Of a stretch of DNA of 64,000 nt, positions 1-9,601 are shown piece after piece (the stretch's first letter is position 1; each line of letters opens with the position of its first letter). A model generated the notes under the pieces. It was given only the letters and a program-made list of their open reading frames with translations. It had not been told where the DNA came from and made no database searches. The translations under genes and the position numbers were made by a program. The DNA is from a virus (taxonomy: Duplodnaviria; Caudoviricetes): the IMG/VR virus record IMGVR_UViG_3300028888_000125, positions 5,567 to 69,566 of that record, one strand, 5' to 3'.

Positions 1-3000
1 AGACGTTCCTCGATGGCGACCGAAACGTCTTCAACCACACGACCAGACGGATCCAGCCACTCGGAAATCTCCCACGGCCATTTGTCGACAAATGACCACC
101 AGGATGTTTCAATATCGAGATTCCAGTTCGGAATGGCGTGATAAACCGTTTCACCTTCTTTTTTGATCAGAATGGCGTAGCCAGAGCTGACACCAAGCAT
201 TGTCTCAAAGTAAATGCGGGCGTTATCGAAAGAGGTTGTTCTCAAGAGACAAGTGGCGAGTCTATTGCCCTGGTAGACAAAGATAGCACCTGTCGGTGTG
301 TCACCTGTCGGATAGACACCGAAAACGGGGTTAGCCGCTTGAGCGTCCGTCACATCCGTGATGTAGACAAGACTGTTTTCAGGTGGATCAGACACCCTGC
401 TCGAGAAAGCCGAAATAGACGCATACTCGCGGGCATTTGTCACGACTTCTCTATAGTGTTTACAGTCATTTAGCGATATTCCCTGAATCTGTCGAGAATC
501 CGCATATGCTTGTAAATCCTCCAAAGAAGCCACTGTCATGAGTTTGATCCATGGGAAACGAGCTCGATTGACTTCTACAATTTTAGCAGGAGTCAACGAG
601 TACTTCGTTGCCAGGTTTGTAACGGTCACATCGCTTTCATCCAGATCCAATTTCTTGAGAGAGGTGAGATCTGTCAGAAGAGCGGAAAGGCGCTCTGTCG
701 TCGGTAGAACGGATGTGAAATCGTAATTGAAGAGAGACCAGTCTCGACGATAGATAGCTCCATTCCCTTCCAGGAACGTATTCTCCGCAGGTCTATCATC
801 CAGAGCACAATCACCAACAAAAATGAATTCACTTCCACGAGCTTCGGGTTCATAGAAGAAAACGCCGTCGTAGAGACTTCCGTTTCTGGAGGCGTTTTGG
901 ACATCTGAGAACGAAGGTACATCCGAATTCAGAATGTAGTCAAGGAGATCGACCGTCTCGATTGTGTATTCTACATCTTGATCGTTCAGGGAAACGACAA
1001 CGGGTGTACTGGTTGTCTCATCAATGACGGTAGATGGTGTCCAGACCAGTTCCTGGATGGTGTCTACATCCGCATCACCTTCTGCTTCAAAGAGAACGGT
1101 ATCGTCTCGTTTGAAGAGCCACTTCTCTGTTTCATCCGAGTAGGAAACCGTATATGAGACAGGGCCTACGGAACGTGACCAAACTCGAGCTCCGTCTGTA
1201 GCAGTCGGATTCACAAGAGTGTAACGACCAAGTAGTTCAGGCATCCCACAAGAGATAACCATGAGCATTCTAGCGACTGTCTTCCATCGATTTGCGTCAG
1301 ACGAACGAGCCGTCGGCGTTGAGACGAGTTCCAGAGTATGGATTGACTCTGCGTTGTCAGAGAACGTCAAGAGCTGATTGAATGTATTTTCAGATGTGGA
1401 TGAGAGAACAACGTCGCCCTTGTGATGGAGATACTCCAACGGAAAGACAAGCTGACCAACCATGGACGGTTTCACCGTCGTACCGTCCACATCATCTTCC
1501 GTATAACGACGGAAGACATCCGTTTGGTACGTAGCGAACACGGTTGTGGGATACTTCTTGTACCCTTCTTCGTTGATCGTGCAGTGGACGTTGTTCAGGA
1601 TGAAGTTCAGGGATTCACCAAAGGTCAACGTCATGCACTGCGACGCCAGCCAGACATAGTCAAGCTGTACTGCCGTCGGACGGTAGCCGACCGGGAACGG
1701 GTCGGAATAGGAATCATACGGCAAAGCTTCTTCACGGATGTAGACCTGGATGCTGAACCCGTCTTCTACACCCTGGAGTGGCAGGTAGCATCCTGCCTTT
1801 TCCGTCACGATATTGTAGAGATTCGTGATGTGAATATTGTCTTCATCATCGATGCGATAATCCGTCTGGAAGTTGAATATGAAATTGATCTTCTGATCGT
1901 CTCCGACCGTACGACCCATATACTCGCCCAGCATGTAAACGGTTTCTCCAGAAGACGCTTTCGTCGTCAGAACAACTTGGATGTTTTTGATGGAGTTGTC
2001 GTCACCCTCTTCCACAAAGACATTCTGAATGTCCTGCGTTCTATAAAGAGTAAGAAGAAGACGATATCCACCTGTCCCATTGTTCAAGTGAGTGAACGTG
2101 GCGGAGTGAACCGAAAGCTGTGTCGCTACGGAATCGTTGTCAGGAGCGATGGATGAAACAGGCGACTTGAACCGAATGTCTCTAACGAACGGGTTCATCA
2201 GATTGTAGGAACCAGCCAGCGGCCATTTGTCGTTCACGGTGAACTTCATGTGGAAGGGGCTGAACGTGTAGACATTCGAGTTAAGACGAGTCAGCTTATC
2301 CTTGACGGGAAGGCTGTCCAATTCTACCATTTCCTGGTCGGAAAGGAGGGTCATCGTGTCTGCGTCCGCATCGTATTTGTAGACAGCGGACGGAAGCACC
2401 ATGAATTCCTTTGGCGAGATGGGAACCTGAGATTGCCTGTAATTCTTCGAAACGAGCTGGCCGTTCTCTTCTACCGTCTGAAGCATGTCCGCTTTGAAGA
2501 CGGTGTCAAACTGTCCCGCACCAATAATAGAGTCCGTGTTGTCTCGAATCGTCTTAAGCGCCAAATAGATACGGTTCGTAATGTTGTCGACATACTTCTT
2601 GGACAGGAATCCCTGGTCTTTGAAATACGCAGCGACGTCCATGGCCGTGATCAAAACGCTGTAGGTTGAATCGTGCAAAATACGATTTCGAAGTTCGTCG
2701 AAGGATAGACCGTTAGAACCCGAAATGATCTTGCGTTCACGAGGCACCGTCACGATGTAAGAAACACGGCGAAGCGGTTCATTGTAGGAATCAAGAATCG
2801 TCATCTGGTCGTCCGCCAGGAATGACGTCTGCAAATCCGTCAACGGTAGAGACGAGATATCCTCATTCATCTCTCCCAACGTACTGTAGACGACCACACG
2901 AACACGGCTACCCATCATACCCTTCGTGAAGTAGATCTGAGGAATACGAATCTCAATCTGATCCATATCCGTCAGAACTTTCACATAGGCCGTCACTTGA

Positions 3001-3845
3001 TCCACGTCGTAGACAAAATCAGATAACGTTTGGTGCATTTCCCGCCATGTACCTTCCATGTAGTGGAAGACACGGACGGCGTAGAAACGATCGGTGTAGC
3101 CGTAACGCTTGGCGAAGCCAGCCGCCGAGACGGCGTCGTCTTCATACGAAACAGCCGTAAACTGATAACAGGGAACGACAATACCGACCAACTCGAGATT
3201 GTCCCGAACCATGTTTCGTACTTCGAGCAAATTCGTATCGATGGTCAGAAGAGGGTTTGCCACATTTGTATTGAACTGAGCACTGAATGAGCAATTTGCC
3301 GCATCGACGACCGTGGAAACGTGTCCCTGGCTGTCCGCTTTTACCTTGTAGACTTTCCGGACAAAGATATCAACAGGATAATGAATACCGAATTGGAACC
3401 GTCCAATCTGGATCTTCGTAGAGGTCGGCAACGTGATCTTTCCAACGGAAACATCCGTCGTCTTTTCCACATCTACGGTCGTGTCGGTGTTAGCATTGAC
3501 TTCGACACAATTATTGATAAGCCAGTTTCGTTCAAAGAAAAGAGTAACCTTTGTCGATGCTGGTGTGCTGTAGAGATGAGCGTAATCGAAATCGCTCATA
3601 TGCCGATACAGAGCGTTCATCGTATTCGCCCTGTACGGATACAGATTGTGAAGAATGTTCTGCGTTTCCGTGGCGTAGCCTGCCGTGATCGTAGCAGCCG
3701 TCTCCATCAGAAATGTGAAGACGTTGTTCGGATCCATGACTTTTCGACCACCAAGAACCGTATTCTGCAAGTCATCCACAATCTGTGACTGGATACGGAG
3801 AGGGTTTGTGAAGAGACCCAGAGTTATTTCTTCTGCTGTAGGCAT
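1..3845 (-). CDS. Large virion structural protein (phiKZ gp87-like baseplate wedge), C-terminus runs off the window (>1280 aa)
   Basis: ATG at 3845 with AGAGGA SD. Reads MPTAEEITLGLFTNPLRIQSQIV...DPNNVFTFLME...LYPYRANTMNALYRHMSDFDY, a phiKZ-type baseplate signature. Sampled stretches stay open to position 3; absence from the ORF track is consistent with no stop inside the window. Confidence 0.75.
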   Translation of the reverse strand, partial: MPTAEEITLGLFTNPLRIQSQIVDDLQNTVLGGRKVMDPNNVFTFLMETAATITAGYATETQNILHNLYPYRANTMNALYRHMSDFDYAHLYSTPASTKVTLFFERNWLINNCVEVNANTDTTVDVEKTTDVSVGKITLPTSTKIQIGRFQFGIHYPVDIFVRKVYKVKADSQGHVSTVVDAANCSFSAQFNTNVANPLLTIDTNLLEVRNMVRDNLELVGIVVPCYQFTAVSYEDDAVSAAGFAKRYGYTDRFYAVRVFHYMEGTWREMHQTLSDFVYDVDQVTAYVKVLTDMDQIEIRIPQIYFTKGMMGSRVRVVVYSTLGEMNEDISSLPLTDLQTSFLADDQMTILDSYNEPLRRVSYIVTVPRERKIISGSNGLSFDELRNRILHDSTYSVLITAMDVAAYFKDQGFLSKKYVDNITNRIYLALKTIRDNTDSIIGAGQFDTVFKADMLQTVEENGQLVSKNYRQSQVPISPKEFMVLPSAVYKYDADADTMTLLSDQEMVELDSLPVKDKLTRLNSNVYTFSPFHMKFTVNDKWPLAGSYNLMNPFVRDIRFKSPVSSIAPDNDSVATQLSVHSATFTHLNNGTGGYRLLLTLYRTQDIQNVFVEEGDDNSIKNIQVVLTTKASSGETVYMLGEYMGRTVGDDQKINFIFNFQTDYRIDDEDNIHITNLYNIVTEKAGCYLPLQGVEDGFSIQVYIREEALPYDSYSDPFPVGYRPTAVQLDYVWLASQCMTLTFGESLNFILNNVHCTINEEGYKKYPTTVFATYQTDVFRRYTEDDVDGTTVKPSMVGQLVFPLEYLHHKGDVVLSSTSENTFNQLLTFSDNAESIHTLELVSTPTARSSDANRWKTVARMLMVISCGMPELLGRYTLVNPTATDGARVWSRSVGPVSYTVSYSDETEKWLFKRDDTVLFEAEGDADVDTIQELVWTPSTVIDETTSTPVVVSLNDQDVEYTIETVDLLDYILNSDVPSFSDVQNASRNGSLYDGVFFYEPEARGSEFIFVGDCALDDRPAENTFLEGNGAIYRRDWSLFNYDFTSVLPTTERLSALLTDLTSLKKLDLDESDVTVTNLATKYSLTPAKIVEVNRARFPWIKLMTVASLEDLQAYADSRQIQGISLNDCKHYREVVTNAREYASISAFSSRVSDPPENSLVYITDVTDAQAANPVFGVYPTGDTPTGAIFVYQGNRLATCLLRTTSFDNARIYFETMLGVSSGYAILIKKEGETVYHAIPNWNLDIETSWWSFVDKWPWEISEWLDPSGRVVEDVSVAIEER

Positions 3846-3860
3846 ACGGGTATTCCTCTT

Positions 3861-5300
3861 TTATGGGTTAACGAAGAACTTCCGATACATGCTGTCGAAA
3901 GTCTCTTCCATTTGAATCTGATTCGGATAGTAGTAATCTCGTGCAAAGTCGTTGGCGCTACGGCGTGTTCGCAGACCAAAGTCCAGATCCATCAGGGAAT
4001 TGATGAATTGCTTGGTGGCATCGTCACGCAGGGTTGGAACTTCAACTTGTCTCCATTCCATTCGGAAACCGTTTGGATCGGACGTAATCCAGGGAAGCGC
4101 CGTGAAGTTTGCGAATTTGTCGAAATACGGGACTCGCCGATGCAACAGTTCCGGAGCACGGCCGTTGGACTTGTTTGGAGACGCGGAGGTGCCGTTCTTC
4201 GACTGATTGATCGTGGGGCAATAGCGTTCTACGAGTCGGTTGAAGTCATAGAGAATGGGGTATTTGTCATACTCAATCACGTTGCAGGTGAACGGAACCG
4301 AGATGTGCTTTGCCGCTTCAATGGAGTAATCACCTTGTTGTTTATTGAATATTCCGCCAATCGGGATGACCGACGGAAAGCACCCTGTACATTTGACATA
4401 GTGACGAATATACGGTGTACCTGGCTCCATAACAAAACTGTAGATGGAGACGGTGTAATTCATCCGAAGGGTGTCGATATCGTCCGCATAGGCGCGCATG
4501 ACGTTATACCGAACATTGTGAATATAGCGTACCCAGTAGTTGATGATAGAGAGAATAGGTCCACCCTGAACATCCTTGAACGTGAGATTCAACGTGTAGT
4601 TTCCTCTAGCCCCCATGACATCGTCCGCATCAACGACAGATTGGGCTTCTCCGAAGTAACCGCCATCCGTCGAGCCAACAGACAATGACAAATCGGGGAA
4701 ACCCGAGATATTCTCATACGAGTTCATCAACGGGACAAAGAAAGCGTTCTGCGGATCGTGGATAGGACAGTTATTGACCAAGTTCCAATAAGGGTTCTCT
4801 TCTGCACGGCCAATCTTGACTTTATGTAGGTTCGTATCCAAAAGAGCCCGAATAGCAAACGCCGTGGAGTTGACATTTGTTGTATCCAGTGGAACCATAG
4901 CTGGATCAGCACGCAAATTCGAAGATTGTAAACAAAGTCTTGGACGGGAGAAGAACGTCAGACCGTGTACCTGGTGGTTTGTCGGAAGTGGACAGGAATG
5001 AAGACGATCGATTGCCGAGAAGAATTCCTGTTGCTGGTTGAAGTATCCGCCCAAACCTTTGCTACGCCAGATAAGGTCTTGAATCATCTCCTGTTGAACT
5101 TTGTTGAGATACTGGTCCGGATTCTCACTTGCGAAACGAATCCGCTGGAGTGTCTTCTCTACGACTTCGGGTTCCTTGAGAATCGTATCCAGACTGGCAG
5201 ACGTGTATTCTTCAGGCACAAATGTTTTGAAATAATCCAGGAGTTCGGAGTCACTGTAGTGTTCTCCTCGGTCCATGAAATTAGGGGTGGATTGGGTCAT
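3861..5300 (-). CDS. Virion structural protein (phiKZ gp88-like baseplate/tube-initiator family)
   Basis: 479 aa ORF with SD GGAGG. Motifs GLTFFSRPRLCL and NYTVSIYSFVME...TGCFP resemble tail-tube-like folds. Synteny with the adjacent wedge gene. Confidence 0.65.
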   Translation of the reverse strand: MTQSTPNFMDRGEHYSDSELLDYFKTFVPEEYTSASLDTILKEPEVVEKTLQRIRFASENPDQYLNKVQQEMIQDLIWRSKGLGGYFNQQQEFFSAIDRLHSCPLPTNHQVHGLTFFSRPRLCLQSSNLRADPAMVPLDTTNVNSTAFAIRALLDTNLHKVKIGRAEENPYWNLVNNCPIHDPQNAFFVPLMNSYENISGFPDLSLSVGSTDGGYFGEAQSVVDADDVMGARGNYTLNLTFKDVQGGPILSIINYWVRYIHNVRYNVMRAYADDIDTLRMNYTVSIYSFVMEPGTPYIRHYVKCTGCFPSVIPIGGIFNKQQGDYSIEAAKHISVPFTCNVIEYDKYPILYDFNRLVERYCPTINQSKNGTSASPNKSNGRAPELLHRRVPYFDKFANFTALPWITSDPNGFRMEWRQVEVPTLRDDATKQFINSLMDLDFGLRTRRSANDFARDYYYPNQIQMEETFDSMYRKFFVNP

Positions 5301-5475
5301 AGACCTCCTCCTTATATACCTTATAGTTATATTTCAAGTCGAGCATAGGATGAAAAACTTCACGTTAGAAAAGATAATATAGCAGGAGGCGGGAAAAGAC
5401 ATCATATGCTTCCCAAGTACTATAGTAATTAAGGGTTAAGACTATTTTTCCATCCTTTGCAAAGGAACCACTCTT

Positions 5476-6696
5476 ATGCCTATTCCATCCAACGAATCTT
5501 CCTTCTTGAGAGCCATCGACAGGCTCTCAGGCGATGCGGGATCAAAGGTGTCGAAAACCACCCTTGGTCTGGCAGATCTTGTGGCTGCCATCCGAGACGC
5601 CAAGCAGGGCATGACATCCTCTCTGACGCAGTTCACGAAGAACATGAACGTGATGGGCCGTGTCTACATCGAAGACTCCATCGCCGCAGATCCGATCGCT
5701 CCCTCTCTGATGAGTTCCTATCACCAGATTTATATAAGCTACATCATGTCGGCTCTCAATCTGGACAGCTACTGCATGAACGGTCGTACGGTCCGCCAGC
5801 TCTACGAAATCGTCCAGACGGAAGACTTCCACAGGGATCCCTCTTCGGTTATCGCGGACTATTTCAGCCACGTCATTAAACCCGTTCTGACGCACGCTAA
5901 CAACGACAACGTCGGCGAAGTCTCGGATGAGTACTACTTCAACTGGCTGAAGACAAAGTCGATCGCCCCCATCAAAGGGTCGTTTGAATCCAACGGCATT
6001 TATCAGCTCGACAACGACGCACAGCGTCTTGTCGCCGGCCGTCTTCTGGAATTCGAACTGCAGGCTCCTGTCACGCAAGGTGACAAAATCGTCAATCAGA
6101 CGAACTTCAAAGCCTACATGTACGTCCAGCTCATTCCGTACATTATGAACAGCGAGACGATGGCGACGTTCCTGCGTGCCAACTACGAGACGAACCTGAA
6201 GATTCGTTGGGACAAACTGCGGACAGGTGAAATCGCCTTCTGGCACGACTTCGTATTTGCATTGGATCTCGTTCGTCAACAGGCCCAGGTCCTGAAGAAC
6301 GATCGTACGGGTGTTGTCTCCGAAATGATGAACATGAACCGCAACAAGCTGTTCCGCTGGTTAGCCGGTCTCATCGACATCATGCCTGAGTCCCACAACT
6401 TGGCAAACGCCATCATGATCATTGACCGCAACACATTCCGTCAGACGACCAATGAGTATCACATTGATTTCCGCAACACGGAAGTGCGTCAGAAGTTCTT
6501 CAACAAGACCTTTACGATGATCATCGGCGTCGTCGACCTGACGTATCAGACCGTAGACATGTACTTCAACGGTATCCAGATGATGGGTACGTACACGTTC
6601 GACATGATCAACAAGGTCGGTACAAAGGGGAAAGACAACTTCAATCTCAAGGAAGTCATGCAGGCTTTCAGCCAGGGCATGACGCCTCGTTTCTAA
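5476..6696 (+). CDS. Major inner-head/virion protein (phiKZ gp89-like)
   Basis: 406 aa with strongly biased codons. GRLLEFEL...YVQLIP motif and S-x-E (SFE) processing-type site. Divergent from the gp87/88-like pair as in phiKZ. Confidence 0.6.
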   Translation: MPIPSNESSFLRAIDRLSGDAGSKVSKTTLGLADLVAAIRDAKQGMTSSLTQFTKNMNVMGRVYIEDSIAADPIAPSLMSSYHQIYISYIMSALNLDSYCMNGRTVRQLYEIVQTEDFHRDPSSVIADYFSHVIKPVLTHANNDNVGEVSDEYYFNWLKTKSIAPIKGSFESNGIYQLDNDAQRLVAGRLLEFELQAPVTQGDKIVNQTNFKAYMYVQLIPYIMNSETMATFLRANYETNLKIRWDKLRTGEIAFWHDFVFALDLVRQQAQVLKNDRTGVVSEMMNMNRNKLFRWLAGLIDIMPESHNLANAIMIIDRNTFRQTTNEYHIDFRNTEVRQKFFNKTFTMIIGVVDLTYQTVDMYFNGIQMMGTYTFDMINKVGTKGKDNFNLKEVMQAFSQGMTPRF

Positions 6697-6705
6697 GGAG
6701 GCACC

Positions 6706-7719
6706 ATGAACATACTCAAGCAACCGTTTCGTCTTGGTCTCACAGACGATCAACTCGCCGAAAAGGTGGAGAAAGAGTTGGGACCCGAAACCCGCATTAA
6801 GAAAATCAAGAAGGAGAACTTCGTCGAAGACTTGAGCATCACACAGCGTCGTCTAGACGGTGTCCTCCAGAGCATCTCCCGTTTCGAAGAACCCGAGCGT
6901 CAAGCCATTGCGGATCGTATCTTCGAATTCAGCAATCAGAACGGCAATCATGCCTGCGAAATCTATGTATCACTCGCCAAGGATGTTCAACGTGACGATC
7001 TCCGATTCGCGTTCAATTCCATCTTGACGACGGGTGCCGCTTTTTCTACAATCCTCAATGAAATTGCGGCGTCAACGAACGAGATTTTCTCCGAAAACAC
7101 GATGACCATCCATAACACGAAGATCTCTCATCTGACGGTCTTTGGTATCGTGGCGGAAGCGAATATCTTCACGGACTACGCGGTCTATCTATTTGATTGC
7201 TGCAGCGCCGAAATCGTGACTCATCGGAACGTTCCCGAACTCGGTCGTGTGAAGCCATACAAATTGAAGTATCTCGACGAGCATTACGACCACATGGTCT
7301 ACATGCTCAAGAATTACATCAACCCGAGGATCTACCTGGATGACATCAAGCATCTTCGCAAGTCCCAGTACGATATCCAGCTTGTCAACAACAACCAGCG
7401 ATTCAACGGCGGCTTCTTGAACAGCGGGAAGATGGGTACCTCCCGTAATTTCATCTCCTCGATGGCGTTCAACCCCTTTTACTGGCTTGGTGAGCAGTAC
7501 AACCTGTACAAACAGGCTCGCTTCATGAAGCAATCAAAGGAAAAAGAGTACCTCGAATCTCATGTCGCTCTGCTCCGCATGGAACTGGCCGGTGTCGATC
7601 CGAATACAGACGAGTATCGCAAGCGCACCAAGACCATCCAGGCGTATGACAACATGATTGCCCAGCTTGACCAGAAGATGGCCGAGTATATGGACGATAA
7701 CGGCGGAGGTACACAATGA
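6706..7719 (+). CDS. Head structural protein (phiKZ gp90-like)
   Basis: 337 aa, SD AGGAGG. Ends FNPFYWLGEQYNLY...KEYLESHVALLRME...IAQLDQK, typical of this family. Synteny. Confidence 0.6.
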   Translation: MNILKQPFRLGLTDDQLAEKVEKELGPETRIKKIKKENFVEDLSITQRRLDGVLQSISRFEEPERQAIADRIFEFSNQNGNHACEIYVSLAKDVQRDDLRFAFNSILTTGAAFSTILNEIAASTNEIFSENTMTIHNTKISHLTVFGIVAEANIFTDYAVYLFDCCSAEIVTHRNVPELGRVKPYKLKYLDEHYDHMVYMLKNYINPRIYLDDIKHLRKSQYDIQLVNNNQRFNGGFLNSGKMGTSRNFISSMAFNPFYWLGEQYNLYKQARFMKQSKEKEYLESHVALLRMELAGVDPNTDEYRKRTKTIQAYDNMIAQLDQKMAEYMDDNGGGTQ

Positions 7720-8705
7720 GCAGAGATCGTTACTACGACGGCTGGAGACGGGATCAGCAGGCGCGTGCCGAGTTTGCTAAAAACTACGTCATTGTCGACT
7801 CCATTTCTCGTCTCAACCCAAAAATTGATGCGAACGCCTATAGGCTATATGCCGCCGCCTACAAGAAAGAATACCTGACCCTCAATCGCGACGATCTGGC
7901 TCTCGCCGCCGAAGCGAACAAAGATGCTATTCTGATGTTCTACATGGAACGTCTGAAGGACATCCTGCGGAAGATCTGTATCACGATCTATCTGCATCAC
8001 TACGGTGATGGGAAGACGACCACGTTCACGTTGAATCAGGATTCCCTAAATATGATCCAAAACTTCATCAATCAGACTGAACACGTCGAAGATGCCGACT
8101 ACGACGATACTCAGCTCCGAATGATGGAAACCATCCGAGCGAACGTTCTACACGACGGAACCATCCACGGCGAATGGCGTTGGATGCCCGAAGTGAAAAA
8201 AACGTTCCTCTATGCGCCAAGCCATCTCATTCGTGGATTGCTCAACCGCACCCTTCAACGTATCGACAACTACAAGCTGAATCTCATGAGGCTGAACGAT
8301 GCCGACAACTATGACGGGTTGAGGGATTTCATCGGAAACATCATGCTCTCGGTGAAGACCCTCGTGTGGCTGGGTCACACGTATGAGGCCTCCAGTGAAC
8401 CCGGCAATGGACTCGAGATGTTTGAAAGCATCTGCGAGCCGACTGAGAGCGCATATCAGGACATTGACCAACGGGTTTTCCCCTACAGCGGTCTACCATT
8501 TGCCCAGGCGATGTGCCTTGACATCACGGGCGACAACGAACAACTCGAGCTTGACCGCAACAACCTCAACCGCATCTCCGACGCCTACCGCTACCTCTAC
8601 GTGAACGCCTACTACAAGGCGAAAGAGGAAGAGCAGGAATGGAAGAATCTCGAGACGTATCCGAAAGAAGCAGAAGACGTAAAGTACTACCTCAGTATGC
8701 TTTAA
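7716..8705 (+). CDS. Hypothetical protein, probably virion-associated
   Basis: 329 aa ORF with ATGA overlap on the upstream stop, in the head operon. Confidence 0.5.
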   Translation: MSRDRYYDGWRRDQQARAEFAKNYVIVDSISRLNPKIDANAYRLYAAAYKKEYLTLNRDDLALAAEANKDAILMFYMERLKDILRKICITIYLHHYGDGKTTTFTLNQDSLNMIQNFINQTEHVEDADYDDTQLRMMETIRANVLHDGTIHGEWRWMPEVKKTFLYAPSHLIRGLLNRTLQRIDNYKLNLMRLNDADNYDGLRDFIGNIMLSVKTLVWLGHTYEASSEPGNGLEMFESICEPTESAYQDIDQRVFPYSGLPFAQAMCLDITGDNEQLELDRNNLNRISDAYRYLYVNAYYKAKEEEQEWKNLETYPKEAEDVKYYLSML

Positions 8706-8715
8706 AGGAGGGGCT

Positions 8716-9591
8716 ATGTTCGACATTGACAAAATGATAGAACTATCAACCCTCGAAGCGACGCTCGTGGAAGCCCAGAAAAACGTGTTGTCACAGCTAG
8801 ATGTAGCTTGTGAATTTACACGGAAAGCCAGCAACCACGAACCCGTTTCTCTCGAGACTCTCTACAGTGAGAAGGATGCCCTTCCGCTCGTCCAGAAACA
8901 ATGGGAAGATCTTGAAACCTTCTTCACGACGTTTCGGTCGAGTATGGAAGAGCTTTCTTCCTACGTCGTCAACGAATCGGCAGACATGCGGAAAAACTTG
9001 CTATTGAGTGTCAAGTGGATGCAGGACAACAAAGCGAATCTTGGAAGAGCATCGAGCGTTTCGACGAAACTCGTCTCCCCAAGACTCTTCAACGCCTACA
9101 CCACCAAAATGGAATCTCTCTGCAAGTCCATTACCAGGCGGGAATACAAAGCAATTCCTTCCCGTCTCTCCGACTTGAATTGCACCGTAGCGGACGGAAA
9201 CGTCCAAAGATTACCGGAATACTACGCCTTGGAAAAGACGCAGAACAACCGGTTTCTCACCTCACCTTACAATTGGTCATTCGAGCTCCTAAACAATACG
9301 ACAAATGCTTTTTGTCGTCTCCTCTCCTCCATCGAAAACATGAATCGTGTCTTGGGTGCTTACGCTCAGAACACAACTCAACAGGCACTTCAGAACATCT
9401 ACATCGCCAAGGGTCGTCCCATGATGAAGAAGAATCTGGAACTTCAGCCTATGATTGGAGAAGCCGCACAAAGCCTAGGATTGCTCTACAACGCCTCGAT
9501 TGTAGAACAATACTATGCGGACAATTTGAGTCTGCAGCTCTATAATGCGTATTTGAATCTCAAATCGTACAGTGTGAACAACAAAAATTAG
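8716..9591 (+). CDS. Putative inner-head protein
   Basis: 291 aa, SD AGGAGG. Contains VSLE and TLE motifs like prohead-protease sites. Confidence 0.45.
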   Translation: MFDIDKMIELSTLEATLVEAQKNVLSQLDVACEFTRKASNHEPVSLETLYSEKDALPLVQKQWEDLETFFTTFRSSMEELSSYVVNESADMRKNLLLSVKWMQDNKANLGRASSVSTKLVSPRLFNAYTTKMESLCKSITRREYKAIPSRLSDLNCTVADGNVQRLPEYYALEKTQNNRFLTSPYNWSFELLNNTTNAFCRLLSSIENMNRVLGAYAQNTTQQALQNIYIAKGRPMMKKNLELQPMIGEAAQSLGLLYNASIVEQYYADNLSLQLYNAYLNLKSYSVNNKN

Positions 9592-9601
9592 GAACTTATC
9601 T

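Noticed and set aside
1-3845. Stop-codon reassignment explaining the missing long ORF
   Set aside because: The ORF is simply truncated by the window edge. TAA, TAG and TGA all terminate well-defined genes elsewhere in the window.
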